Positions 12,209 through 24,102 of a stretch of 64,000 nucleotides of DNA are shown here, in pieces (position 1 is the stretch's first letter; every line of letters begins with the position of its first letter). Both the position numbers and the translations under genes were made by a program. A model generated the notes under the pieces. The model was not told the DNA's origin, searched no databases, and saw nothing but the letters and a program-made list of their open reading frames with translations. The DNA is from Dudresnaya verticillata (taxonomy: Eukaryota): contig OZ374557.1 in assembly GCA_977862235.1 (NCBI GenBank), positions 3,038,001 to 3,102,000 of the forward strand. The letters are read 5' to 3'.

Positions 12209-13109
12209 TGTGGTGCAAACGTCTGAGACGATAGACCGCCGAGCAGTTCGGGGCTCGGTGGGTAGCTGCGCCCTAGGCGGTGAGTAGCCTCGCCGTGGGC
12301 GACTTGTGGTAGAGCAAAGGACACGCCTTGGGCGGACTGTAAACGCCCGAGGCGGAAAGGAAGGGAAAAGGAAACAGAGAGAGAACACGTCAAGGACGAT
12401 GATAGACGTGGAAGCACTGGAGGTAGACGCTTGAGCCGTAGGCAGCGGTAGGATACGCGCGTGCGGAACGGGGAAGTCTGGACCAAGGCCGGCTTGCCCG
12501 GGCGTTTACTGTTACGTCTGGGACGGCTTACCTAAGTATAGTACGGCGGTGCGGCGGCGGCGGTGCGTATGCGTAGCGCGGGAACTCGGGACACGTGTCG
12601 TCCCGAGGCGCGTCTGACAGATCACCCGTTGCATGCAGCCGCGCGCCTGACAGGTTGCCGTGCAACCCCCTGTGTGGGTGCTTACACACACACGTGGACG
12701 CGTGTGCCTCACAGCCGTGCGTGCGCGCGTACTGTAGAGCGTGCGCCTTGGATCTAATCCGATACTTGTCCGATCCCGATCCCATCCGGATCGGGCCAGC
12801 AATGCGAACACCCGCAGCCTTACAGGCGCGTATCTTACAGCTTAGGCGATCCGGATAGCCAATCCGGATACCGGATCCGGATCCCATCTGGATCCGTATT
12901 ACAGTGCCCCGGGGCGCCATGTCGGCCCATCACCGTACAGTGCCCGCGTGGTGTGCGGCGCGCAGTCTGCGCGCGCGCTCCAGTGAGCCGTCGATGATGT
13001 GTTCACGCGCCAACGGCGGTGGTGAGCGCCGGTGGCGGTTTCTCCGTCGGTCGGCGTATTTGGGTTGCCCGCTTTCAGCGAAAAAGGGCTCACCTCCCCT
13101 TGCACCACA
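12209..13109 (-). repeat. E1 PBS-adjacent 5' LTR (LTR-B)
   Basis: TGTGGTGCAA...TTGCACCACA; direct repeat of 198-1065. Confidence 0.95.
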
Positions 13110-13993
13110 CAGATGCCTTGTCTTGACAATCCATCCGACGGACGAAACCTGTTTATTATCGCCGCTGCCTTTGCGCAGGCCGCGTAGAAGGGCTATCACC
13201 GCCTGCAGATGGTGTTTGTGCCTGCCGCACTCACCCAGAAATCGCTTCGAGGCTCGTCGCGGCGTTGCAGGTGTATCGGAATTTGCTCCCTTTGTCGGGA
13301 GCGTACTTTCTGGATTGTTCTCCTCTTCATTCCCTCCTCCCGCTTCATCATCTACTGCTTCGTTTCTATCGCCCGTTGAGGTGCCTGCAAGCCGAGGAGT
13401 CTTTCGGTGCTTCAATAGCTTGGAGGAATACCAGAGATCCCAGCAGCTCTTTCTTAGCGCAGGTAGGTCCTCATATAGAGCGTCACACTGCAAATAAGGC
13501 AGGAATAGGTCGAACGGTGTCCCTTCCATTCACCCTTGTGTTGTCCACACATGACAATCTAAAGAACTGGCCCTTGTTTGGGTGTGTGGCCGGGAACGCC
13601 GAAGCGAATCTTCACACCATCGGCGCTATTAAAGAACATCATCCGCTTCCTTTTTCGCTCCTTGGCAATAGATAATAATCTTTCAGCCTCCCTCCTGGAG
13701 AGTGGATCACGCTCTTCCGCTTCCTGTCTTCCTTCTCGCACCTTTAACGTCTCCACGTAGCACAGAAACTATTTAGACACGTCAAACATGAATGCAGCTG
13801 TTGTTTGAACCTTGTTGAGGAAGTTGCGGAAGTTTTCCAGGGACTTGAAAGTTTCTGCTGACTCCCAAAGGTCCTGGCGTTCACACATCCGCCACGCGAA
13901 GAAGGCATTGATTGCCACTGTCTTGGGAGTTTGAGACACGATTTTATGTTCCCACTTAAAATGCGACGTTGAGCTGGGGAGAATAGTCCTTCG
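13110..13993 (-). pseudogene. piggyBac-like transposase C-terminal fragment
   Basis: FKWEHKIVSQTPKTVAINAFFAWR resembles the end of the piggyBac core. It is followed, across frameshifts, by CGQHKGEWKGHRSTYSCLICSVTL...SCWDLW, resembling the piggyBac Cys-rich domain. Confidence 0.6.
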
Positions 13994-14486
13994 TGTAGCA
14001 GTATGGCACCGGCCAGGAACAGCAAAGAACAAGACAAGACAGCTGTCCGGTATCACACGCTAATGGGTGGTAGCTCGAAGGAGGTTTGGTAGAGGCTTGC
14101 AAGGAGGCGGGCCCTGATGACCCGAAAGTGGGGTGCGGAAGCACGGTAAAGACTCGGCGCGACCGACTGAGGGAAAGTATAGAGGTTGCGACCCGGTATT
14201 TCGTAGAGAACGTGTCGTACGATGTCCGGGCCTGTACTGGGCGATCCCTGCAGGCGCGGAGCTTCCGAACGACCAAAAGGTGGAAACTTCCCGAACAACT
14301 CCGCTGAGTGTTTATTCTGAGGGCGCCGGCTAATCCGGCGCCCATAAGTAGGGCTTGGCAGCCGAAAAGTCTATCAGCCCGAAAGGGGGTCTAAGTTAGT
14401 CTGTGATTATAGTTACGTAGGTTAGTACAGTCGGTACAAGTTAAAAGTGGGAATGCGTTCCAGTTAGGGGACTTGGTGGAGGATAC
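13994..14486 (-). repeat. Partial LTR, inverted copy of the solo LTR family at 60882-61692
   Basis: Begins TGTAGCAGTATGG; reverse complement aligns with ~61200-61692; truncated by LTR-C. Confidence 0.85.
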
Positions 14487-14992
14487 TGTAGTGCAGACGT
14501 CTGTAGACGGTATACCGCAGAGCAGTTCGGGGCTCGGTGGGTAGCTGCGCCCGTGGCGGTGAGTAGCCATGCACACGTGGACGCGTGTGCCTTACAGCCA
14601 TCCGCGCGCGCATATTGTAGAGCGTGCGCCTTGGATCTAATCCGATACTTTTCCGATCCCGATCCCATCCGGATCTGGCCAGCAATGCGAATACCCGCAG
14701 CCTTACAGGCGCGTATCTTACAGCTTAGGCGATCCGGATAGCCAATCCGGATACCGGATCCGGATCCCATCGGGATCCGTATTACAGTGCCCCGGGGCGC
14801 CATGTCGGCCCATCACCGTGCAGTGCCCGCGTGGCGTGCGGCGCGCAGTGTGCGCGCGCGCCCCAGTGAGCCGTTGATGACGTGTTCGCGCGCCAACGGC
14901 GGTGGTGAGCGCCGGTGGCGGTTTCTCCGTCGGTCGACGCATTTGGTCTGCTCGCTTTCAGCGAAAAAGGGCTCGCCTCCCCTTCCACCACA
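14487..14992 (-). repeat. Third E1-family LTR (LTR-C) with ~390-bp internal deletion
   Basis: TGTAGTGCAG start matches the LTR left end to 14568, then jumps to the equivalent of LTR-A ~677. Ends CCACCACA followed by TSD GTACC. Confidence 0.9.
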
Positions 14993-15150
14993 GTACCTAC
15001 GCCATGGGCGTTTCAGTGACGTCTGCGACGGTTCTATTCGCCCTTCGGCGTCTTCCTTAAGTGGCTTCGGGCCCTCCTTCAGTGTCAACACCCGAGGCGG
15101 GGGCCTCTCGTTTCGGTGTGACACCCCAGTGTCAGGAGGCGGTGTCCGGA

Positions 15151-17028
15151 TTAGTTTTTGGCCTCCGGCGGTGGTTGCGCTATGAAGCGGTTTGGCATCG
15201 TCGGATGGCGTTCGGCTGCACGCGGTCCAAGTCCTGCCCTTGGCGATGATGAACGTGCGGCGCGATGGGCTGCTTACTTCGTGGCTTGTTCCTTACAACG
15301 GTGGTACGCATCAGCGGGTACCCCGTTCCTCTCAGTCTCCGTCAGGCCCTCGTAGTTGGCGACGACCTTCATGAAGTCACTCATTCGCAAGAAGCATTCC
15401 GGCGCAATGTGGCCACGCGCATAGCACTGATGGCAAATAAGTTGTCGCCGTACGTCTTGAAGAGGAGGCCCTCGGTCCTGCCATCTGGGCCTTGCGCGGT
15501 GAGCATGCGGGGCATATTCTGAATATGTTACGCGCGGCGCGGGTACGTTTGAGCGCCCAAAGGCGAGGGCGGGGTCCATTTCTTCTTCGTCTTCGACGTA
15601 ACTGTCTGTCGGCAATGCCGACGTTGGTATCGGGAGTTGTTCGTTGACTAGGTACAAGTCGCCATCGGCGTGCGTTTCGACATCATCGTCGCGGTGGCTA
15701 ACGTCTCAGAATTCGACGGACGACTCCGCCAGCATGGCGCGTGCCGCTGGCTTCGGGCTCTTCGGCGGTTGACGGCTGACCGCGACAGCGGGTCGTACGT
15801 TGCGAGCGACTTGTGCCGGCACCAATATATCCTGTCGACCCGAACTCTGTCCGGCCCTACTGTATCGCGCGCGATGCGGGTCGCCTTCGTCTTGTGCGAA
15901 GTACACCAATCGTTCGAACGATAGTTCCGCCCTTCGCGTCTCTTCGCGGAAGAGGGAAACCAGCGATCGTATCAACGGGTCAAGTCCGTCAATGAATAGG
16001 GTCATCTTCCCCCAGTCAGGGTAGACGTTACCGCAACGGATGCCCGCTCCAGCGCGTCGCATGCCGTAGGCAGTTTCATCTTCGGACCGCTTCTGTGCTG
16101 TCGAACGTAACGCCAGCACGGCGGATCGAATCGCTGAAGGCATTGCGTACGTACGGAGGAGGTATTGTACCGCCTCCGGGTATGAAGAGACCCCGCCTCG
16201 ATGGAGTGTTGACGTCGACTTGACGGATCGGAACTGCGTTCACGCCGTACCTCGTAAGAAGTATGGCAGCGTTACGAACGCTTGAGCTTCGCTCATTTCT
16301 AGCGTATCGGCCTCATCCGCGAAACGCGTAAGGAACTCGAGGATTAGGACCGGGTCGTCGCCCGTGAAGGCGGCGTCCTTCATCGTCAACTCTAGATGTT
16401 TGATGTGGTCCTTGACCTTCCCTGTTTCATGTCCGGAACGTTTTTGCCCAACGTCTATTATACGGTAAGTACGATACGAGAAGAGTCGATCGAAGAGGGG
16501 GTTGGAGGGGCGTAGCTCCTTCAATCCCTTGAACCGTTTGTCGCGTGGCCTTACGGCCCCGCCGTGGGTTGGATACTCTTCGTCATCCGTTGAAGTACCT
16601 GACGATTCTCCGTCACTCGACGAGTCGGAGGAAGATGAGTAATCTCCGTGACGTCGTCGACGGTTCTTCTTTCTCTCGTGGCGTTTCTTTCGTTGGTCGC
16701 GATGCTTGCGACCTTTTCGGCGGCGACGATCTTCGTCGTCGCTTTCGTCCTCAGACGATGGTGGTTGTCCTTGACGCAACTTAGCGATTTCCAATCGTTC
16801 CAAACGAGTCGCCAGGCGGTTGAAACGCTCGCGCGAACTCAGTTCGGACTGTGCGTTGATCGTTACTGCAGCAGGTTGCTTGGCGTTGGTACCCGGGTTC
16901 GTCATCAGACGGTCAAGGTCAGTTCGTAAGCCCTGTAGGGCTCCGTCTCGGCCCTCCTCTAGAGTCTGTAGACGGCTGCAGATTCCCCCGACACTGTTGT
17001 CGAGCATTTCCGCAAATCGCGCCAACAA
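15151..17028 (-). pseudogene. gag: E2 gag, fragmented
   Basis: KELRPSNPLFDRLFSYRTY, FTGDDPVLILEFL, CHQCYARGHIAPEC; ends GCC AAA AAC TAA. Confidence 0.85.
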
Positions 17029-17814
17029 CGCATCGTCCTCAATGATGCAAACGTCTCGGATGCGGTCGCGGGGAATCGTGAGATTACCAACGCGAGCGGA
17101 CGCAGGAGACGCTGCGGGCGAAGGTCATGTTGGGCTTTGTCTCGCCGGGCTTCGCTGCACTGGTGACGACTCTGCGTTGCCACGTTTACCAGACGGTTCT
17201 GCCGGAGAACATTCGGCACTGCCGTGAGGCGTGGTACAACAGTCCCTCGCAGGTGGGGAATCGTCGACGATGTCCAAAGGCACTAAACGGCTTCCATCGT
17301 CCTCGGCGCTTCCGGTTGGTAGCTGTTGTTGTGGCTGTGAAGCTGGGGCTGGTTGTTGTTGTTCCTCGGCAAGGCCGGCTTGTGTTCCGTCTACGACGCA
17401 TTGCTGCTCCGCCTGGACGGTGTCGGCGGAGTCAACGTAAGTGTGGTAGGTACGGAGGGCGGAGCCTTCCGGGACTGAAGTACGAACGACGATCGGATTC
17501 GGCGGGGAAGCAGGTTCTCCCCTGTTCAGCGAAGCGTGTGACACGTCATGGTCCGGCGGTGCCGTAAAGGCTGAGGCAATCTCCGGGCTGATGTGACGAC
17601 CAGATTGCGTCGTCATGGGTTAGGCCGTTCCCGACGGTGGCATAGTGCCGGGCGTCAAGACGGGCGTCGGGAGGATCCACGCGATAACGGTGGTCGCGGT
17701 GGACCCATGATTGTTTCGAAGAGGTAGGAGAACGTCGTGAACGATGGCTAGAACGTCAGGGTGACGGTTAAGCAATCGTCTCACAGACGTTAAATTTCTT
17801 AGAAACGTAGCAGC

Positions 17815-17832
17815 TTCTAGGTCGGGAGACCA
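17815..17832 (-). promoter_or_regulatory. Primer-binding site of E2
   Basis: Identical 18-mer to the E1 PBS, 2 nt from the LTR. Confidence 0.8.
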
Positions 17833-17834
17833 GT

Positions 17835-18669
17835 TGTCGTGCAAACGTCGTGCTGAAGACGGAGAACACCTCCGGGCCGTTCGGGAGCCGGTGGGTAGCC
17901 TCTAATAGCGAACTTGGTAGAGCAAGTTGAACACGCCTAGGGCGGACTGTAAAAACCCAGGGCGAGCGGACAAAGGGGCAAAGAAACCCAAAAGGAAACA
18001 CGTTAGCAACGGTTAGGAACGTGGAAACACGGAAAGGTAGACGCTTATGCTTCCGGGCAGCGGTAGGGTGCGCGCTGTCGCGGAAGGGAAGTCTAGACCC
18101 AAACTGGCTTGCCGGGGCTTTACTGTTACGTCCTGGACGAGTTACCTAAGTAGTACTATGGAACCGCGGCGCGGCGGCTGCATGACGTAGTGCGCGGGAA
18201 CCCGGGACGCGTGTCGCGTGGAGGTGCGTCTGACACGTCCCGGGACAATGCAGCCGCTGTGCGCCTGCGCGTGCGTCTTACGGAGGCGCGCTCGCACGGT
18301 GCTGTAGGCGATCCGGATTCGGATCGCGATTGGCACCGTATTACAGGCGCGTTTCCCTTACAGCGGATCCCGATGTCCGATCTGGATATCGGATCCGGAT
18401 TCGATCGGGATCCGGGCCAACCCGACAGTCGACTCCCTTACACCTCGTTGATCCCGATGCATCATCCAGATCCGCTCTGCAGCGTTGCGCCGTACAGTGC
18501 GTCGGGCGTGCGCGGCGCTGGGTGGCGGCGCCCGCGCTGCCGTAGGCCAATCGTCGATGACTTGTTCGCGCCAACGGCGAATGAGCCGTTTCAGGCGACC
18601 GTCCGTCGGTCGCCGAGGTCCTTGATGCCCATGGCGAGGAGGTAAAGCTCGACGCCCCCGTGCGCCACA
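17835..18669 (-). repeat. E2 5' LTR
   Basis: TGTCGTGCAA...GTGCGCCACA; diverged relative of E1 LTRs (shared GGGCGGACTGTA and TTTACTGTTACGTC blocks, GATCC arrays). Confidence 0.9.
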
Positions 18670-20210
18670 AAGACCACAACCATTTGCATCTTAATTGCTT
18701 CGCTACTTCATCACTCAACTGCTGGGCACATCTACGAAGGAGCATTTGCGAAGGATTTCCTTAACTGCGAAGACGACACATTGAGATTCACCGATAACCC
18801 AGATGGGCTCCGCATTCTTGTGTGCTGTTCCTCAAATCAGGCGGTGGACGACATCGCCCGGAAGCTATTGAACGGCATCCCGGACGGGAATGGTGGCAAG
18901 AGATTCCCTAATATTCTTCGAATAGCACGACAGCATTACTCGCATGGTGACTTGCAGCATATTTCTATTGAAGAGAAGAGTGCTCCCTTCGAAGCGCATT
19001 TCTTGGAGCTTAACGGAGGTATACATACCACGGACAAAGACGAATTAAGCGAGTCTACACAAGGTCTCCGTGCAATGTCTCGAGAAGGTATTGTCGTCCT
19101 TTCGACGCTTTCCGCATCTGCAAGCCAAGTTCTTCATGATCTTCGTGTCGGCTTCGACGTAGTTATGACGGATGAAGGTTCGCATGCAACAGAGTTGGAA
19201 GCACTTAAACCGATTGTTAGCGTCGCTAGGTTGCATAGTGGTTTGCGTCGTTCTCACATTGTAACTTCTGGGGACCATCACCAACTTCCACCCGTCGTGC
19301 GGTACGAACATGACTTCTCCTACTTCCTAGGTCATAACAAGTGGTTTGAGTACAAGGACTACTTCAAGTACCAAATCATGTCGTTGTTAGAGAGAATGGT
19401 TCATCGTGGACGATGTCCTGTTCTTTGGCTGTGCCAGCAATATCGCACGCATCCGGATATCGGCAGGATACAGTCGAAGGTGATACACCGTGACGTCGTG
19501 CAACACCCGTTGTCTAGTGATCCCTACATTCGTCCCTACAACGACTTGTCGGCCGACATGGGATCATTTGCTCCGTTATCCTTCATTGTTACATCCGTTA
19601 CGATGGATCGGTTCGAGCTCAGCAGAGGAAGAGGGTCGTTCACAAACACGCTGGAAGCCAAAGTTATTGATGAGACATTATTGTATCTCGTCTCTGCAGC
19701 ATTGCAAGACTCTATGGTGGGGACGAACTAATACGGGGTGATATATTTGTTACAGCACCTTATCGTTTTCAAGTTTCTTTCCTGCAGCGTTACTTGAATA
19801 AGTCATCCTATTCGAGAAGGGGTTGGGTAGAACGCTTAAATGTCGACATATCTTCAATTGATTCTCTTCAAGGTCTGGAACGTGGTATTGTAATCATATC
19901 GCTCACACGCAGCAATGGGAGAGCGGACATCGGGTTTCTATCTGATTCCGGCCGCATCAATGTGGCAACAAGCAGAGCCAAGTATTTGTTCATAATTATT
20001 GGTGACGCCACTACAGTTTGTCGGACGAGCCACGTTCTTGAGAGTTACTACATAGCTTGTCTCCAGAACTCTACCGGTGCGGTCGTGGAGTACGTTACAC
20101 CGCGGCGTGGAAGACGTGATCACGAACGAAGTCGAGAAGTAGATTTGCGAACTAACAGAATCTACAGGCATAGGGACGGGTATGACTTGAGAAGCAGAAA
20201 CACTTCCTAA
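18670..20210 (+). pseudogene. SF1 helicase of SEN1/UPF1 (DNA2/NAM7) type, interrupted at Walker A by E2
   Basis: KTTTICILI (end of motif I) in frame with ILVCCSSNQAVD (Ia), DVVMTDEGS (II), GDHHQLPP (III), LCQQYRTHPDI (IV), IDSLQGLER (V), RINVATSRAK (VI). Stop/frameshift near 19731. Confidence 0.9.
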
Positions 20211-21287
20211 GGGCGACAAAGGTTGCAGTCGTGGGAACTGGAGTACTGCGGTTTGGGTGATTTGGGCCTCAACTATTCTTCGAAAAGATGTACATAAATG
20301 ATTCTTATCTTATTCCTGTGCAGCACTGCTGATCTCTCAGCATACATTTTCTCCACCCTTCCCGCCTTCAGGCGTCCCCTGCGGTTACAATATTTTCTTT
20401 GCGTTCTACCTTTTCACTTCCGATCCATTCCCATCCATCGCGTGTTACCTGCACCCGCCCGGCTTCTCCCTCCCCAGACGAGCTGTTGAAACCTACTCAA
20501 AATCGCACCCATGGGTTGTGGTCACACAGCCACAGCCGCTCTCTAACTCAGGGCAAAATGCCGCACCGCCCTCGTTTGCACGACTCCACTGCTCTCTTTT
20601 CCACAAGTTGTGAAACATGTGCCCACAAGATGTGTGGGTTCTCCAATTGGAGTTACATCTCTTCAGCGTGTTATGTTTTGTAATTGATACTCCCTTGCCA
20701 CGTGCTGGTAACATCAGAATGTGCTATCCTGGTGTTCTTTACAGCGATCTTCATCATTAGTACTCAGCAAGTTCAGCTGAAAGTCAGCTTCTGTAATGCC
20801 ATGCCCCTGGTGCCTGGCATCTGTAATGCCGAGTAGCCAGGGCCCAGAGAAATTTCCTTTTTTATTTGATTGAAGCGCACCCACACATTTGTCTCCGCCC
20901 GCTCCGCTGGACTTTTTGCTCGCTCCCTTCTTCCTTCCTCTTGCTTCCTCACTGCAATGCAGTTTCAGTCGCACATCGCCGGGCTTGCCTCCTCCCCCAA
21001 ACGTTGCCTCCCACCCGACACCCACCCCGCCACCCCAGTCGTTCCTCTCTCCCAGCCTGCTCCCCGCTTTCTTTTGTCGACGGCCACCTCTGGCACTGTG
21101 CCACCAGCTGCAGATATGTGGCATCGTCTATGACCTTTCCGTATCCTCAAGGTGCCGTTCTCGCTACACTTACTTCTGTTCTTGTTGTGCGGTGTATTTA
21201 CGTTGCGGCTTATTCATTTTGACATGAATTCTTAGCTCTTAAGAGCTAACCGCTCGGTGCAGAGCTACCTACGCAGGAACAGCCCGC

Positions 21288-23224
21288 GTGGCGTGGTGGC
21301 GAAAGAATCGGCTCCGAAATCTACCAGACATTGGAGGCACGCGAGACAAGCGTCTTCCGCTTGCGTCTACAGGTATAGGCGCAATGGACCCCGATAAAAG
21401 TTCCCGACGCCGTAGGGGAACCCCGTCGGCAGCTGTCCGCCATGGAAAAGTCACCGAAGATGCAATGAAAAGTACAGATCATCAGGAGAGAGCCGTTCCG
21501 CAGCCACAAGACGAAGTAGCCGACAAAACTTCTCCATTGCAGCAACTGTCTGACGATGCGGGTTGTGCTGAAAAATCGAGTGGCGGCCATCTTAAGCGCA
21601 AAAGGGGAATCATGGACCGGGACACAGAAGTTGGGCAGACGAGGAGAGAAATGCTGCGGGGCCGAAGAGTGTTGCTCGCGGAACAGTTCGACAAGTGCCT
21701 GAACATGTCGTTCCATACTTTGTGCCATCCAGATTATCGTCCGTCGTGGGGTACTGGCGCAGGTGATTTGCAAGTGGGAGGGCTGAAAGGTGGAATGGAG
21801 GTCGCGATGCTGCGTGCATCCATGGGAATTGTACTTGATGAAGTTCAAAAACTCCCGGAAGAAAGGAGGTAACAGGTATTAGAGATAATCCGAGATATTC
21901 TCGGTCGGACGCCTGAGACTGGCATACGAGGAGGGAGGCGTGGCGTTATGCGCATCCATACCACTAACAAGCGTGTTTCTGACTGGGCCGCAGCAGAGGA
22001 CATCAGATACTCTTTGTCTTTGACTGTCGACCTTACAACGAAGGTTATTGCACGCCAGGGCCCGCTCTACAAGATGGATGCATGTGTTGGGATGTTAAGG
22101 CCATTCGTGATCGGTTTATATGCCTCGATGTCTATCAAGAAGGGCCCCTGAATGTGACTCTTTCTCCCGTCTTCATGCTGGGCCTTTCTCTTACTCTCAT
22201 TTTACATCGTTATGGGTATGGTTCTTACGGCTCGAACTGGACGGATTTTACGCAACTTCTTCGAGGTGTGGATAATTCCTGGAAGCGAATATTCACTCCC
22301 TCCGTCATTCGCGTAAGAGCTGGGGACCTTTTCCCGCTCTTGTCTGGGGATCAAGAGATGAATTACGGTGCGTTGCAACGAGCGATCCTTCCGCAGTGCG
22401 CATTTCGTGTTTGCATGGCTATTATGGAAAGCTTGGAAGATGGAAGTTGCGGTACTTTTTCATCAGACGAGGGCGCGTGCACTTCAAAGAAAGGAAAGGT
22501 TGGGAAATTCCTCGTCGATAGAGGTGACAGGCTTTCAAAAACCTACAACAAAGTTAACAAGTATGTAAGAGATATTGAGGAGGGCTTCGCATCTATCAAT
22601 CTCGAGGTGGAGTCGTGGTTGGAGCTCAGCAATCTTCTTCATGTCAGCACGTCGTTGGCGATACAATCCGTCTCAACGCTAGAACGTGCAACGCAGCCGG
22701 GTGCACAGCGACTCAAACAGGGAAAGAGTTGCAATGGTGAGATGCCATCCTCGCTTGCATGTGATTTGAATATATTTCTGGATAATGTAGCTCCTTTGGA
22801 GCACAAAATCAGGAAACGCAAGACAGATAAAGCGAAGACTGTTGTGTGAACTGAAGGAGAAGAGGAACAATCCTTCGCGAAAGCTCTTCTCAAGGACATG
22901 TTCGAGAATTTGTTGGTTGCAATTCGCCAAAGCAGAGACATCAAGAGGTTTTCAACGCGTGAAAAGTTCAAACTACCAATGCATTTCAACGACGTGGCTG
23001 TCTCGATACAAAATAAGCATGACAAACGCTGGGTTGCGAAGATACAGCGATTGCTTTCCCTCGCCATTGCAATTTTGAGAGCTCCCGATGTTCTCGAGCC
23101 TGTATATGGGAAGCTCCTGGCTTCACTCCACATTAATGCGGCCAACAAATGTGCTGGAGGAAACAAGAAGAGGCACAAAGCCAGGAAGCTCTCTGATCAG
23201 TCGAATGCCTCAAAGGAAGACTAA
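21288..23224 (+). pseudogene. Fragmented gene of unknown function
   Basis: Successive protein-like ORFs 21288-21872, 22082-22849 and 22898-23224 on the same strand as the helicase; no recognisable domain. Confidence 0.45.
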
Positions 23225-24102
23225 CGGATTCTATTTATTCCCTTGCTGAGCTAGCGCTCTGCGCAGATGTAAAGGTGATAATATCTACAGTGAAGTTGGA
23301 CTGCCCACGGGATGTAGTTGTGGCAAAAGCTTGTCGCTCCCATGTACTTGTATCTGGCTACAAGAAGGCCTTGGCAAGCAAAACGCCTACACGGCTTTGC
23401 AAGGCCTCTGTGGGACATGTAATGACGTCATTTCTGGTCAGTGGTGGGAGGGTATCCCTATTGTGGAAAATGATGAACTGATGTCAAAACATCTACTTCT
23501 GGCAATAATGGCTGGACAAAGTGTACTGTCATCATGTTTGTTGATAATTGGGCGTGGGGGACGTGGTTACCGTGCTAACCTGCGCTCTAACCTGGCGAAG
23601 CTGGTTGTCAAACACGCAGAGTCGATACATTTCAAAATTTTAAGTTTCGTGCAGCAGGTAAACACCGAGTTGAAAAAGGAAATTCCTGTAATCACCCCGT
23701 TCAGCCCGCGGGCCATGCGTGCCCGTCGTGCCTCTTTTTTCCAATGCTCATTTCTGCTCGTGCGCACTTCACTGGTCGTTGGGGATCGCCAATATCAGTG
23801 TGCCGGCTTCTTCATCCTCTCTGGTCAAAGAAACCTGACCTTAAACCAGGGTACCCGGTGAGCCACGTGCACACGCACCGCAGCAAGCCTTTCACTTCTG
23901 CTATTAGGGTGCTGGCTAGCACCTCGACGACTGAAACCAACAATTGTTGTCGCAGGGTTCAAGTTATTGGAACGGTCTCTAAGTGGCAACCTGAGTGGGA
24001 ACGCAAACAGGAACAGATTGCGCAGCGTTGAGTTTCTGACTTTTCTTTGTCTACTGCGTTGTTTGCGAAACTGCAGCTTATTTCTTTTTCTAGTAGTACC
24101 CA

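Larger units (their letters stand above)
198..14992 (-). mobile_element. Ty3/Gypsy chromovirus E1, composite three-LTR unit inserted in E2
   Basis: Starts TGTGGTGCAA at 198 and ends CCACCACA at 14992. 5-bp TSD GTACC at 193-197 and 14993-14997. Contains gag, PR, RT, RH, IN-chromo in Gypsy order, with PBS and PPT. Confidence 0.9.
14998..18669 (-). mobile_element. Gypsy element E2, 5' half (LTR, PBS, degenerate gag, start of pro)
   Basis: Gag fragments 16240-17028, 15706-16143 and 15274-15657 are homologous to E1 gag; PBS and LTR present. Confidence 0.9.
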
